A stretch of DNA of 64,000 bases from an uncultured Melioribacter sp. (GTDB taxonomy: Bacteria; Bacteroidota; Ignavibacteria; Kapaibacteriales; Kapaibacteriaceae), in assembly GCA_964393485.1 (NCBI GenBank), contig CAYMTW010000001.1:64832-128831 (forward strand). The letters are read 5' to 3'. Positions 1-9,543 of the stretch are shown here, one piece after another. Positions within the stretch are counted from its first letter, which is position 1, and each line of letters starts with the position of its first letter. The notes under the pieces are model-generated. The model was not told where the DNA came from. It saw only the letters and a program-made list of their open reading frames with translations, and searched no databases. The position numbers and the translations under genes are program-made.

Positions 1-888
1 GGTGTGTTCAATGTCATCCACGGTGATGGTGAGGCGGGCTCGGCCATTGTTGAGCATCCCGCTGTGCGCGTTGTGGGATTCACAGGATCGACGCAGACCG
101 GCACAGCAATCGCCGCCCGCTGTGGTCAGCTGAACAAGAAAGTCTCTCTGGAAATGGGAGGCAAGAATGCGCAGATCGTCATGGAAGATGCCGATCTTGA
201 TCTTGCACTCGACGGTGTTCTCTGGGGTGCGTTCGGCACTACTGGTCAGCGCTGCACGGCAACAAGCCGTCTGATCCTGCATGAATCGATCCACGACCAG
301 TTCGTACTACGGCTAATCGATGCTGCCTCGAAGATCGTCCTCGGTGACGGTCGAGTTGACGGAACTCAGGTCGGTCCGGTGATCAATCAGCGTCAGCTTG
401 ACAAGATCCTCTCCTATATCGCCATCGGCAAGGAGGAAGCAACGTGTGTTGCCGGCGGTGAGCGCGATTCAGACGGAGCAAAGGCACAGGGCTACTTCGT
501 CAAGCCCACCATCTTTACCAATGTTAAGCCCCATCATAGGATCTTCCAGGAAGAGATTTTTGGTCCAGTGCTCAGTATTGCCAAGGCCCGGACTTTTGAC
601 GAGGCCATTGCCATGGCTAACAACTGTCAGTACGGGTTGTCCTCAAGTATCTACACCCGCGACGTCAACCGTGCTTTTGCAGCCATCAGGGATATCGAGG
701 CCGGTATCACGTACATCAACGCTCCCACGATCGGCGCAGAGGCTCACATGCCGTTTGGCGGAATCAAGGGTACAGGCAATGGACATCGTGAAGGGGGCTG
801 GACAGTGTTCGATATCTTCACGGAATGGAAGACCGTGTACGTCGATTACTCGGGTCACTTACAGCGTGCCCAGATCGACAACTACTGA
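1..888 (+). CDS. aldehyde dehydrogenase family protein (C-terminal ~295 aa; 5' end outside window)
   Basis: Frame open from base 1; ALDH hallmark motifs LEMGGKN (catalytic Glu) and GQRCTA (catalytic Cys); C-terminal [16 protein letters not shown]. Confidence 0.9.
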   Translation, partial: GVFNVIHGDGEAGSAIVEHPAVRVVGFTGSTQTGTAIAARCGQLNKKVSLEMGGKNAQIVMEDADLDLALDGVLWGAFGTTGQRCTATSRLILHESIHDQFVLRLIDAASKIVLGDGRVDGTQVGPVINQRQLDKILSYIAIGKEEATCVAGGERDSDGAKAQGYFVKPTIFTNVKPHHRIFQEEIFGPVLSIAKARTFDEAIAMANNCQYGLSSSIYTRDVNRAFAAIRDIEAGITYINAPTIGAEAHMPFGGIKGTGNGHREGGWTVFDIFTEWKTVYVDYSGHLQRAQIDNY

Positions 889-901
889 GGATTGTCGCAG
901 C

Positions 902-1258
902 CTAGTTGCGTTGAGTCGCGATGAGGGCTATGCCGGAGAGAACGAGAGCCATGCCAATCACCAGCGACAGTGATGGGCGGTCCGAACCGGCGATCAGTCC
1001 GACTCCGATCGTCAGCAGAAATGTTGTGGCCGTGTTTAGCGGTATGAACACCGATACCTTAGTCAGCGACAGCATGTGGGACATCACCAGAAAACCCAGA
1101 AAGAGCATCAGTGAGCCGGCCATTCCGCGGATACTCAACAGCGATAGTGCTGTACTGATGATGGTCTGATCTTTTCCCTGCAAAGCATCGTGCAGCATTC
1201 GTATACCGCCGACGCTGAGTGCAGATTGAACAAAGCTCAATACCACGATGCGAATCAT
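902..1258 (-). CDS. small EamA/DMT-like (SMR/ArnE-like) membrane protein
   Basis: 118 aa with four hydrophobic segments; start ATG overlaps the upstream stop (ATGA at 1255-1258). Confidence 0.55.
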   Translation of the reverse strand: MIRIVVLSFVQSALSVGGIRMLHDALQGKDQTIISTALSLLSIRGMAGSLMLFLGFLVMSHMLSLTKVSVFIPLNTATTFLLTIGVGLIAGSDRPSLSLVIGMALVLSGIALIATQRN

Positions 1259-4200
1259 GGTGTTTTACCCTGGGATAATCTTTGACGCTGCAGAGCCTCG
1301 AAGTACTGCCGGATGATGTTCTCGTAATCTGCGGTATAGCCCTGACGCAGCTGCTCGATCGCTGAACGAGACATCACCTGTTGTCGCTGCAGATCTATCT
1401 CGGCCGGTGAGCGCTTATCAACGTCCTTGCCGGAAGTTGACTCCCTGTTCTTTTCATAATCACGTTCGTTCATTGACCGTGAAGCGTCTAGGAGTCTCGA
1501 CAGGATACGCTCCTGACGAAGTCGAGTATCTGCTGTGATGTTCCCTGTCTGCATATCAGACATCACCTCTTCCATATCCTTGGCAATGCGGTTCAGATCA
1601 CCGAGTGGCTGCTTCTGTCCGTTTGCATTTTTCTTTTGTTCCTCGATCTCTTGCAGCGACTTCAGGGCGCGCCCTTGCTGTCCTGCCAGACGTCCCATTT
1701 CTGCACGCTGCTGCTGTGACATTTGGCCGCTCTGACCGATGCTGTTCATGCCATTATTGATCGACTGCTGCTGGTCAGCAAGCTGCTGCAGACGTTGAAA
1801 GGGGCTCATCCCGCGACCTTCACCCTGACCCGGCATCTGACCGTTTCCGCCTTGGCCCGCTCCTTCACCTTGCATCATTTGCGCCATGGCGCTGCCCATT
1901 TTGGATGCCGCCCCGTTCATAGCCTTCATCGCCGACGATTGCGACTGCATAGCCTGCATTCCATTGCGGTCAGCCATGGACTTCATCGCGTCCCGCATGG
2001 CCTGCAGCGCGTCTCCCATATCTTGGGCCATTTCCGGAGTGACGGCCGTGGACTTCTGTCCGAGCTGCATCATATTGTTGGCGATGTTCTGCATCGACTC
2101 CTGAAGGCGCTGCTGCTGCTGTGCAAGCTGCGACATTTGCATGGAGTTCGGGTCAAGCCCCTTCATCTGTTCACGGAGCGATTCCTGCTGCTTTGACAGT
2201 TGTGTGAGGTCATCCGTGCTCTTCTGCATTTGGCGCATTGCTTCACGTTGGCTGTTGCGGCGCATCTCGCGCTTCATGTTCTTCATCTGCTGCGCAAAGC
2301 GCTGTAGATTCTGAGAGGCCTGCTTCTGCTTTTCCGATGCCTGGTCGTTCTGACCTTGACGCATCTGTTCTTCGGCCCTTTCCATCTGGTTCTGAGTCTC
2401 GGGCGCATTCAAGTCATTCTGTGCCTGCTGCATCTTTTCCTGAGGCATTTCCTGGCCGATCTCCTTCATGAGCTGCTCGAGATCTTTGGATTCCTGTGCA
2501 AGGCGGTCGAGTTCCTCTTGAAGCTTCTTCTGTTCCTCCGCTAGTCGCTGATTCTCGGCTTTGTTACTAGGGTTCGATTGTTCGGTGCGCTGACGAAGTT
2601 CATCTTGCTTGCGCGCTAACTCTTCGGCCCGCTTTGCCAGTTCGTCTGTCTTCTGCTCGGCCTGCATGCGTTTGAGAAGTGACAGCTGACGGTCGAGGTT
2701 CTTCCGGAACTCTTCTTCGTTAAACTTAAAGTCCTTCATCATGCGCTGGAGCTCTTCGGGAGAGATCTCGTCCATGGCCTTGCGCATCTGTTCCTGCATG
2801 CGGGAAAGGTCCGGATTCTTTACCTCACGCATCAATTGCTGGAGCTCCTGGTACTTTTTAAGAGTCTCCTCACTGATTGCCTGATTATCACGAAGTTTCT
2901 CGGTCATTTCTTGCACTTTGTCTGCCATCTTCTCCATGCGCTGCTCAAGTTCCTGCTGACGCTTGATCAGGTCTTCGGCTTTCTTCTTATCGGCCCACGA
3001 AGCTTCCATTTGCTGTTTCGACTGCTGCTTCTGGAGTTCTCGCTGAAGCTGTTCAGCTTCTTTCTTGATGTTTTCAGCCTCCTTCGCAAGGTTCTTCATC
3101 TCCTTGCGAACGTCCCCCTGCTGGCGATCAGTCTCAGCAAAGACCTCGTCGAGCGAGGGCATCCGCACCGATATCGTGGCCGTCTTTGCCGTCTTTGGTC
3201 CACCAATAACATCGTTATCAGCCACTTCGAGGTAGAATTCGTACGTGTCCTCTGGCGTCATGTCCACGGTTGCCAGATCCCATGCATAGCGGATATCCTG
3301 TGACGTAGCTGGTCCCGACAGAGGAATCGCTATCGTCCTGAAGTTCTTTTCGGGCAGAGCGTAGCGAGAAGCAGTAAGTCGATAGTAGAGTTTGAGCCCC
3401 GAAAAGCCGAAGTCATCACTGACCGAAACCTCGATCGGCATGATAGCTGTCTGGCGCAGTTCGACGTTTTCTCGGGGCGTAACGAGCGAGATCAACGGAT
3501 ACGAATCCGTCAGCGATACGATGCTAGCCTTCAGCGGATCGACATTCGTAGTTCCATCGCGGTCTTCCAGCCAGATCGTGTACGACCCGGTCCGGCGAAC
3601 CATAAAGCCCCCTAAAGCAGAATTCCCCGAGACGGTCATATCGACAACGGAAGTGTCTACTGCCGATGAATCGTTGCTGGCGGCTTTCATCACAATGTAG
3701 GCCCGGCGAAGGGGCTTGTTACTTTCAATGTTCAATCGAACCACCGAGCCGGCTATCGTCGTGACGTCGGCATGTGTGGCATCAAGTCTTGACGATGCCA
3801 GGCGCGTGTATGTTGGCGGTGTGACGCTGCCACTCAGTGCGCGGATAAGCGGACGATCGATCACTGATATTCGGGCGGTGTCGCTGCTGACGCGTGTATC
3901 CAGCCATGGACTCTCGGCAAAGAACTCTACTGATTGCGTGAGACCTGAGAAGAGGTAAGAATACACATTGCCTGAGTCACGGCGGATCGTATGCTGTGCA
4001 AACGTTTGCTGTCCGGCTTCCCGAACGTTAAATGTTACCGTTTCGGGCGGTACACCCTTTGCCGTCACGACAACCTTTGTTGCTGTCCCACGCATCAGCG
4101 TATCCTGAGCTGCCACGATCGTCAGCGTAAATGGAGCCGGCGGAAGATAGGAATTGGTGTGATCGACCAGACGATGCCATGCGCTGCCAAACGAATCCGG

Positions 4201-4716
4201 CAGGACCGTTAGAGCGGTGGTTACCGATAGACAGCTGAGGACCATCCAAAGGGCAGCCATACGGGCTGGACGACGGTCGATTACAACTGAGAAGTCGAGA
4301 GGTTCGGTCGCAGCGGCTACGCCCTCGAAAGCAGCTTCGGCAAGCTCGCCGCCCAAATCGGGTTGACGTGTAAGCTGCAGGGCATTACAGAGCGTATCGT
4401 TGACATCAGGATAGGCTCGGCCGACGCGCAGAGCCAGCTGCTCGTGGCTTTCCGTTGCAAGTAGGCCAACAAGACGTAAAACAGGAGGAACGATCAACAT
4501 GCCAGCTGACAGTCCGGCTAGACCAATACCAGCCCACCAAACAATTGTGCGCATTGGTACGCCCATGTGCAGCCATGCTTCGAGGCCTCCGGCAAGCAGC
4601 ATAGCAATGCATACGATCGTTGTCGTATGGCCAACACCTCTGAGCAGGTCATATCCTTGTTCGGCTCTGGTAACTGCGTTCAGGCGTTGAATGATAGTGG
4701 CACGACGTAGGGACAT
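1255..4716 (-). CDS. DUF4175-like membrane-anchored protein with a very long Q/E/K/M-rich coiled-coil/low-complexity region
   Basis: N-terminal hydrophobic helices (IVCIAMLLAGGL, TIVWWAGIGLAGLSAGMLIV), then a beta-rich middle and ~500 aa of charged heptad-like sequence. C-terminus is RILSRLLDASRS...YENIIRQYFEAL. Start set to ATG 4716 (MSLRR...) to avoid overlapping the upstream gene; the ORF is open to 4752. Confidence 0.7.
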   Translation of the reverse strand: MSLRRATIIQRLNAVTRAEQGYDLLRGVGHTTTIVCIAMLLAGGLEAWLHMGVPMRTIVWWAGIGLAGLSAGMLIVPPVLRLVGLLATESHEQLALRVGRAYPDVNDTLCNALQLTRQPDLGGELAEAAFEGVAAATEPLDFSVVIDRRPARMAALWMVLSCLSVTTALTVLPDSFGSAWHRLVDHTNSYLPPAPFTLTIVAAQDTLMRGTATKVVVTAKGVPPETVTFNVREAGQQTFAQHTIRRDSGNVYSYLFSGLTQSVEFFAESPWLDTRVSSDTARISVIDRPLIRALSGSVTPPTYTRLASSRLDATHADVTTIAGSVVRLNIESNKPLRRAYIVMKAASNDSSAVDTSVVDMTVSGNSALGGFMVRRTGSYTIWLEDRDGTTNVDPLKASIVSLTDSYPLISLVTPRENVELRQTAIMPIEVSVSDDFGFSGLKLYYRLTASRYALPEKNFRTIAIPLSGPATSQDIRYAWDLATVDMTPEDTYEFYLEVADNDVIGGPKTAKTATISVRMPSLDEVFAETDRQQGDVRKEMKNLAKEAENIKKEAEQLQRELQKQQSKQQMEASWADKKKAEDLIKRQQELEQRMEKMADKVQEMTEKLRDNQAISEETLKKYQELQQLMREVKNPDLSRMQEQMRKAMDEISPEELQRMMKDFKFNEEEFRKNLDRQLSLLKRMQAEQKTDELAKRAEELARKQDELRQRTEQSNPSNKAENQRLAEEQKKLQEELDRLAQESKDLEQLMKEIGQEMPQEKMQQAQNDLNAPETQNQMERAEEQMRQGQNDQASEKQKQASQNLQRFAQQMKNMKREMRRNSQREAMRQMQKSTDDLTQLSKQQESLREQMKGLDPNSMQMSQLAQQQQRLQESMQNIANNMMQLGQKSTAVTPEMAQDMGDALQAMRDAMKSMADRNGMQAMQSQSSAMKAMNGAASKMGSAMAQMMQGEGAGQGGNGQMPGQGEGRGMSPFQRLQQLADQQQSINNGMNSIGQSGQMSQQQRAEMGRLAGQQGRALKSLQEIEEQKKNANGQKQPLGDLNRIAKDMEEVMSDMQTGNITADTRLRQERILSRLLDASRSMNERDYEKNRESTSGKDVDKRSPAEIDLQRQQVMSRSAIEQLRQGYTADYENIIRQYFEALQRQRLSQGKTP
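1618..3150 (-). other. compositionally biased (Gln/Glu/Lys/Met) coiled-coil-like region inside the DUF4175-like CDS
   Basis: Translated aa ~535-1045 are dominated by Q, E, K, M, A and R. The DNA is rich in CAG/GAG/AAG codons, which creates long stop-free antisense frames. Confidence 0.8.
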
Positions 4717-4729
4717 GTTCGTGTAGTGG

Positions 4730-5401
4730 TTATCTCGACAGTGCATAGACAATGATGTTCGTGCCCATTTTCAGGGCCGCTTGTCGGCGTTCAGGAGGGT
4801 CGTTATGCACCTCCGGATCTACCCAACCGTCGCTCGGATTTGTTTCATAGGTGTAGAACACGCAGACCTTCCCATCATGAAACAGAGCCAGACCCTCAGG
4901 GGGCTTATTGTCATGTTCATGGATCTTAGGAAGCCCCTTGGGGAAATCGTAGTGGCAATGGTAGATCGGGTGTGAGAAAGGCAGCTCTCGTAGGGGTTGA
5001 TCAGGAAAAACCCTCTTGAGTTCGCGGCGAATGGACTCATCCATGCCGTAGTCATCATCGATATAGAGAAAGCCACCATTGGTTAGGTAGGCACGAAGGT
5101 TCCGCAATTCCGCCTCGGTGAGGCTAACCGTGCCATGCCCCGTCATGAAAAGCATCGGGTACAGAAACAAGTTGTCAGTTCCAAGATCGACGTATTCATA
5201 GACTGGATCGACCGTGATCGAAGTGTGAGCTCGTACGTATCGAAGTAGGTTGATCTCTGCACTGGGATCATTGTACCAGTCTCCCCCGCCCGAGTATTTG
5301 ACACGGGCGATCTTGACGGCGGAACCCGATGAAGGAGTGTTCTGTGCAGCCGCGCGGGAATGAATTCCGACAACAGCGAGAAGTACTATGAGAATCGGCA
5401 C
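4730..5401 (-). CDS. DUF4159 domain-containing secreted protein
   Basis: Signal peptide MPILIVLLAVVGIHSRAAAQ; family-typical KYSGGGDWYNDP and FLYIDDDYG motifs as I recall them; 13 nt upstream of the DUF4175-like gene. Confidence 0.7.
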   Translation of the reverse strand: MPILIVLLAVVGIHSRAAAQNTPSSGSAVKIARVKYSGGGDWYNDPSAEINLLRYVRAHTSITVDPVYEYVDLGTDNLFLYPMLFMTGHGTVSLTEAELRNLRAYLTNGGFLYIDDDYGMDESIRRELKRVFPDQPLRELPFSHPIYHCHYDFPKGLPKIHEHDNKPPEGLALFHDGKVCVFYTYETNPSDGWVDPEVHNDPPERRQAALKMGTNIIVYALSR

Positions 5402-6051
5402 ACGACCACTTTCTTTTCGTCCTGAGTGAACATGGGAACACCGAAGATCTCCAATGGAATCACTTCAATGCGTAGGCCCTTGAATGTTGCTTTTGCCTCA
5501 GCGATCTCTTCATCGAGGTATCCACCCTTGAGAAAGGCGCAGACAGCGGTGGGCTTGACCAGCGGTCGAACCCATTCAAGAAGGACTGCCGTTCGAGCAA
5601 CGGCACGGGAGATAACAACGTCAAACGAGCCAATATAGTGGGGCTCCCGCGCCAGATCCTCACATCGTGCAGCTTGGACGCTGATATCCTTGAGCATCGT
5701 GTGTTGGGCGAACATCGCTGCCATGGTGGCCTTTTTTTTGATGGAGTCCACCAGAAACATCTTCAGATCCGGGCGGGCAATCTTGATTGGGATCCCCGGC
5801 AAGCCCCCTCCGGTACCCACATCCAGCACACGTGCCTTTGGTCGGATGTTCACATACTTCAGGATCGTCAGAGAATGCAGAATATGACGGTCCCAGACGT
5901 TGACCTCATCCTTGCGGGAGATCATGTTGACCTTGGCATTCCAGTAGATCAACTCGTCATGATAGCGCTTCAGGGCATCGACCTGCTCCTTTTCCAGCAG
6001 GATATCGTTAGCCGAGCAGGTCGTCCAAAAGTCAAGGGGAGTCATTGACAT
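5386..6051 (-). CDS. rsmG: 16S rRNA (guanine527-N7)-methyltransferase RsmG (GidB)
   Basis: SAM-binding VLDVGTGGGLPGIPIKI, typical ~220 aa length, RsmG-like N-terminus. Confidence 0.9.
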   Translation of the reverse strand: MSMTPLDFWTTCSANDILLEKEQVDALKRYHDELIYWNAKVNMISRKDEVNVWDRHILHSLTILKYVNIRPKARVLDVGTGGGLPGIPIKIARPDLKMFLVDSIKKKATMAAMFAQHTMLKDISVQAARCEDLAREPHYIGSFDVVISRAVARTAVLLEWVRPLVKPTAVCAFLKGGYLDEEIAEAKATFKGLRIEVIPLEIFGVPMFTQDEKKVVVCRFS

Positions 6052-6098
6052 GCATTCAACGCAGGGATGGTGGATATGAGGTCGTAGTTTCGCACAGT

Positions 6099-6731
6099 AT
6101 GCATGTTCCCTTTTTCAGCGTGATCATCTGCACCTATCAGCGTGCAGCGTTGATTCCCCGGGCTCTGGACTCCCTTCTTCGTCAGGACGAGACCGACTGG
6201 GAGGCGATCATCGTCGATGACGGGTCAACAGATCCCACGAGCTGGGTGGTGCAAAAATACACCGATGCCGACGCGCGATTCCGGTATTTCCATCGCGAGC
6301 ATGGCGGTGTTGCCAGATCCCGGAACTATGGAGTTTCTCAGGCAAAGGGGCTTTTTGTGACCTTCCTCGACAGTGATGATGAGTTTCTCGTTGATCACCT
6401 TTCGAGCCGGCAACAGATGCTCCTGGCTAATCCGGAAGTTATGCTGCTGCATGGCGGCGTGGAGATCATTGGTGATTCAATGGTCCGGGACCGTCGTGAC
6501 CCGTCGCTTTGGATCCATCTCGATGAATGTGTCATCGGTGGCACGTTTGTCATCCGTCGTGATCTGTTCGATCGTGTTGGCACGTTCTCAGAGATCGACT
6601 ATGGTGATGATGCAGAATTTTTTGAGCGCGCAGCTGCCTCTGGAGTGATTATCGCCCGGACGGACCACCCGACGTATCGTTACTATCGCAACACCCAAGA
6701 TGCCCTGACGAGGACCTATGGCACGACGTGA
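6099..6731 (+). CDS. glycosyltransferase family 2
   Basis: FSVIICTYQR...IIVDDGSTD...FLDSDDE (GT2 DXD). Start set to ATG 6099 (MHVPFF); the ORF is open from 6045. Confidence 0.85.
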   Translation: MHVPFFSVIICTYQRAALIPRALDSLLRQDETDWEAIIVDDGSTDPTSWVVQKYTDADARFRYFHREHGGVARSRNYGVSQAKGLFVTFLDSDDEFLVDHLSSRQQMLLANPEVMLLHGGVEIIGDSMVRDRRDPSLWIHLDECVIGGTFVIRRDLFDRVGTFSEIDYGDDAEFFERAAASGVIIARTDHPTYRYYRNTQDALTRTYGTT

Positions 6732-7374
6732 ATCAAAACAGGCTAAGTCCATTCGTCTCAATATGATCCTGGATCGACTTACCATCGCCTACCCAGATGC
6801 ACGGGTTGGACTTGACTTCACATCACCTCTTGAGCTGCTGATCGCCACGATCCTATCCGCCCAGTGCACCGATGAGCGTGTGAACAAGGTCACCCCGCCA
6901 CTCTTTGCCCAGTTCAAGAACGTCAGAGATTATGCCGAGGCCTCTCTCGATGAACTAGAAGAGTATGTCCGGACTACCGGTTTCTATAAAAACAAGGCCA
7001 AGAATATCCGGGAATGCTGCCGTCAGCTCCTTGATCGATTCTCGGGTGAGGTTCCGCGGACACTTGAGGAACTCGTCACGCTGCCGGGTGTAGGACGCAA
7101 GACGGCGAACTGTGTTCTGAGTAACTGCTTTGACATACCTGGTTTGACGGTCGATACTCATGTTACACGGATCACCAATCTTCTTGGGTTTGTTGACACG
7201 CAGGATGCTGTGAAGATTGAGTTTGCCTTGATGGAGATCCTCAATCCGGTGCGATGGAATCAGTTTGACACATTGATCATCAACCATGGACGGCGAACAT
7301 GTGTTGCCCGAAAACCACGATGTATCGACTGTACAATCATCGATCTTTGCCCATCCAAGAAAAAAACACCGTAG
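6718..7374 (+). CDS. nth: endonuclease III
   Basis: HhH-GPD motif LPGVGRKTANCVL and C-terminal 4Fe-4S cluster CX6CX2CX5C (CVARKPRCIDCTIIDLC). Confidence 0.95.
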   Translation: MARRESKQAKSIRLNMILDRLTIAYPDARVGLDFTSPLELLIATILSAQCTDERVNKVTPPLFAQFKNVRDYAEASLDELEEYVRTTGFYKNKAKNIRECCRQLLDRFSGEVPRTLEELVTLPGVGRKTANCVLSNCFDIPGLTVDTHVTRITNLLGFVDTQDAVKIEFALMEILNPVRWNQFDTLIINHGRRTCVARKPRCIDCTIIDLCPSKKKTP

Positions 7375-7438
7375 CGAAGTGTCACGAAATGCTCGCCAGA
7401 TTGCTCAATGGCCGAAACCACCGGAGAACACTTCGACC

Positions 7439-9445
7439 ATGATCCTTCGCCTGACGGGGTACCTGCCCCACTCCCTTTTGTGCGTTCTTACCATCACTCT
7501 GCTACTATGCCCAGCGGCTCGGGCGCAGCCCGTTGGTATCATCGCCGGTCTGAGCATTCCCACTCCGTCTGCAGATTTTCGACAGCTCGGGACCTATCCC
7601 TCCTGCTGTCCTCGCTTCACCGACGGCAGTGGGTCGGGGTTTCAGTTCGGCGGTTGGTACGAGCGGGATTTAACGGGACCCTTGAGTTTGTCGACACGGC
7701 TGATGCTCACGTACGAGTCCGTGAACTTTGCTTTTGATGAACGAAGTTTCGTGGCAGACCTTCGTGACACGCCGCGAGTGGTTCCGGCCGTGTTCCGTCA
7801 TCAGCTCGCTTCAACTCAAGCACAGATTGTTCTTGAGCCTCTGTTGTCAGTGCGATTCGCCGGAAACGGCAGTCTGATGTTCGGACCACGTCTCGGGGCT
7901 GCGGTGACATCAACCTTTCAGCAGACTGAGTCGCTTATCGAACCCGCAGAGTTCGGCTCGTTTATCAATTCCGGACGTGTTTGGATTGATCATTCCGGGA
8001 ACATTCCTTCGACACCAGCTCTTAGCCTAGCCCTCACCGGGGGCGTGCGATGGTCGCTCAGACTCACCACGTCCGGTAGTGCCGTGATGCTCCCGGAGCT
8101 TTCGTTCTCCTACGCATTGACACCTGTTTCTCAGGGAGCTGATTGGTACGCACATGCCATTCGACTCTCGGTTGCGCTTGGGTGGAGGCCCGGCCTCGGA
8201 CAACCAGTACCGGAAAAGGTTCCAGCATCGACATTACCGCCACCAGTCTTGACACGTCGCGCTCCCGATCGGCCGGAACCACCGAAGATCACGCTTCGAG
8301 TTCTGGGTGTCAATGATGACGGAACCACCACCCCAGACCCGGTGATCAGCCGACGAGAGGTCTTTATCCGCACCCTGCATCCGATACTCGGAAACATCTA
8401 CTTTGACGAAGGTTCGTGGCAAATCCCTGACCGCTATGAGCGTGGAATTGCCCGTGCTCAGCGCGATACGCTCTCACTAAGCCCTCTCGAAGCACTGCAC
8501 GGTGAGTTGGCCATCATTGCCGCTCGCATCAAGAATCGTCCGCAGGCCCGCCTTCGTATTGGCGGCATGACCTCCAATACCCCCCGAGATCAGGGGGCTT
8601 CTCTTGCTCGACGCCGAGCCGAGACGGTGCGTGATAAGCTCGTCGAACTAGGTGTCGAGCCTCAGCGCATCGATCTGATCCCAGGTTCTGGCTTGTTCCC
8701 CGCCACACGGGCCTCTGACAGCCTGCAGAAGCCCCTTGCCATCGAAGAGAACCAACGTGTGGAGGTTTCCTGTTCCGATTTCGTGGTCATGGCGCCGATT
8801 ACGCTGGGAATGACAGATGTTACGGTGCAACCTCGACGAATTCGGATACTAGACACCGTTGCCTCGAGTGCACTCACAGAAGTAAACGGTCATGTGCGCG
8901 TCGATGATCAACGGATGCCGGTCGAACGAATGAGGAGTGCTCGGAGCGGTTCGGAAGATGTTGATGTTTCGTCACTGGTTGCCTCCTCGCGATCATCCAG
9001 CCTTGAGGTTCAGATCCAAGCGAAGGATACTGCCGGACAGTCCAGCATGCAGAAGATCGCTGTCCCGATCAGACAGCAATCTGTGGAAAAGTGGCGTGCC
9101 GAGCGCACTGGCGACCTGTTGATTGAACGATACGGGCTTGTCCTGTTTGAGTTTAATAATGCAGGCCTCGGGGACCTGCACCGCAAGATCATCGATATCA
9201 TCCGCTCGCGTATTACCCCACAGACTACCATTTCGATCCTAGGAATGACCGACGTTTTGGGGTCAGACGACTACAACAGAGACCTCTCGCTGCGTCGCGC
9301 AAAGGAGGTTGCCAAAGTCCTTGGTGTCGCATCGGTGACGGTTGACGGAAAAGGCGCGTCTGCACCGCAGTTTTCGAATGATTTACCAGAAGGACGAGCT
9401 TCAAACCGGACCGTAGTTATCGAGTTGAAAACAAAGGTTCCCTGA
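7439..9445 (+). CDS. outer-membrane protein: putative N-terminal beta-barrel plus two OmpA_C-like peptidoglycan-binding domains (paralogue 1)
   Basis: Signal peptide ...LLLCPAARAQ, then ~250 aa with a beta-strand pattern. Central OmpA-like domain is RRRAETVRDKL...NQRVEV. C-terminal OmpA-like domain is GSDDYNRDLSLRRAKEVAKVL...NRTVVIEL. Start set to ATG 7439; the ORF is open from 7286 and overlaps nth. Confidence 0.8.
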   Translation: MILRLTGYLPHSLLCVLTITLLLCPAARAQPVGIIAGLSIPTPSADFRQLGTYPSCCPRFTDGSGSGFQFGGWYERDLTGPLSLSTRLMLTYESVNFAFDERSFVADLRDTPRVVPAVFRHQLASTQAQIVLEPLLSVRFAGNGSLMFGPRLGAAVTSTFQQTESLIEPAEFGSFINSGRVWIDHSGNIPSTPALSLALTGGVRWSLRLTTSGSAVMLPELSFSYALTPVSQGADWYAHAIRLSVALGWRPGLGQPVPEKVPASTLPPPVLTRRAPDRPEPPKITLRVLGVNDDGTTTPDPVISRREVFIRTLHPILGNIYFDEGSWQIPDRYERGIARAQRDTLSLSPLEALHGELAIIAARIKNRPQARLRIGGMTSNTPRDQGASLARRRAETVRDKLVELGVEPQRIDLIPGSGLFPATRASDSLQKPLAIEENQRVEVSCSDFVVMAPITLGMTDVTVQPRRIRILDTVASSALTEVNGHVRVDDQRMPVERMRSARSGSEDVDVSSLVASSRSSSLEVQIQAKDTAGQSSMQKIAVPIRQQSVEKWRAERTGDLLIERYGLVLFEFNNAGLGDLHRKIIDIIRSRITPQTTISILGMTDVLGSDDYNRDLSLRRAKEVAKVLGVASVTVDGKGASAPQFSNDLPEGRASNRTVVIELKTKVP

Positions 9446-9543
9446 GGAAACGTTTTGGTCTTTTGGTTGTCTATCTTGTCCGTTCACATCTTGGCCGACA
9501 AGACCTACTTCTGCGCCGGCGTTCAAATCATCGAGGAATTCGA

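Noticed and set aside
398-973. 191-aa alternative-frame ORF overlapping the aldehyde dehydrogenase, and a 71-aa antisense ORF at 643-858
   Set aside because: The Pro/Ser/Arg-rich translation is typical of an off-frame in moderately high-GC coding DNA. The ALDH frame carries all the catalytic motifs.
1535-3303. Cluster of plus-strand ORFs (1535-1735, 1723-2196, 1886-2104, 2238-2471, 2356-2544, 2836-3303) antisense to the DUF4175-like gene
   Set aside because: They mirror the CAG/GAG/AAG-rich coiled-coil codons, whose reverse complement (CTG/CTC/CTT) is stop-free. Their products are Leu/His/Cys/Ser-rich with no recognisable domain, whereas the sense frame has a coherent architecture.
7286-7438. 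N-terminal extensions of ORF-track entries (7286-7438, 9463-9543, 16942-16992, 22576-22686, 27441-27467, 34201-34401, 53878-53931, 61662-61766, 6045-6098, 28261-28335, 4717-4752)
   Set aside because: The extensions overlap neighbouring genes or candidate promoter motifs. They precede a Met that is followed by a clear signal peptide or a conserved family N-terminus. The shorter starts were adopted, and a few remain uncertain.
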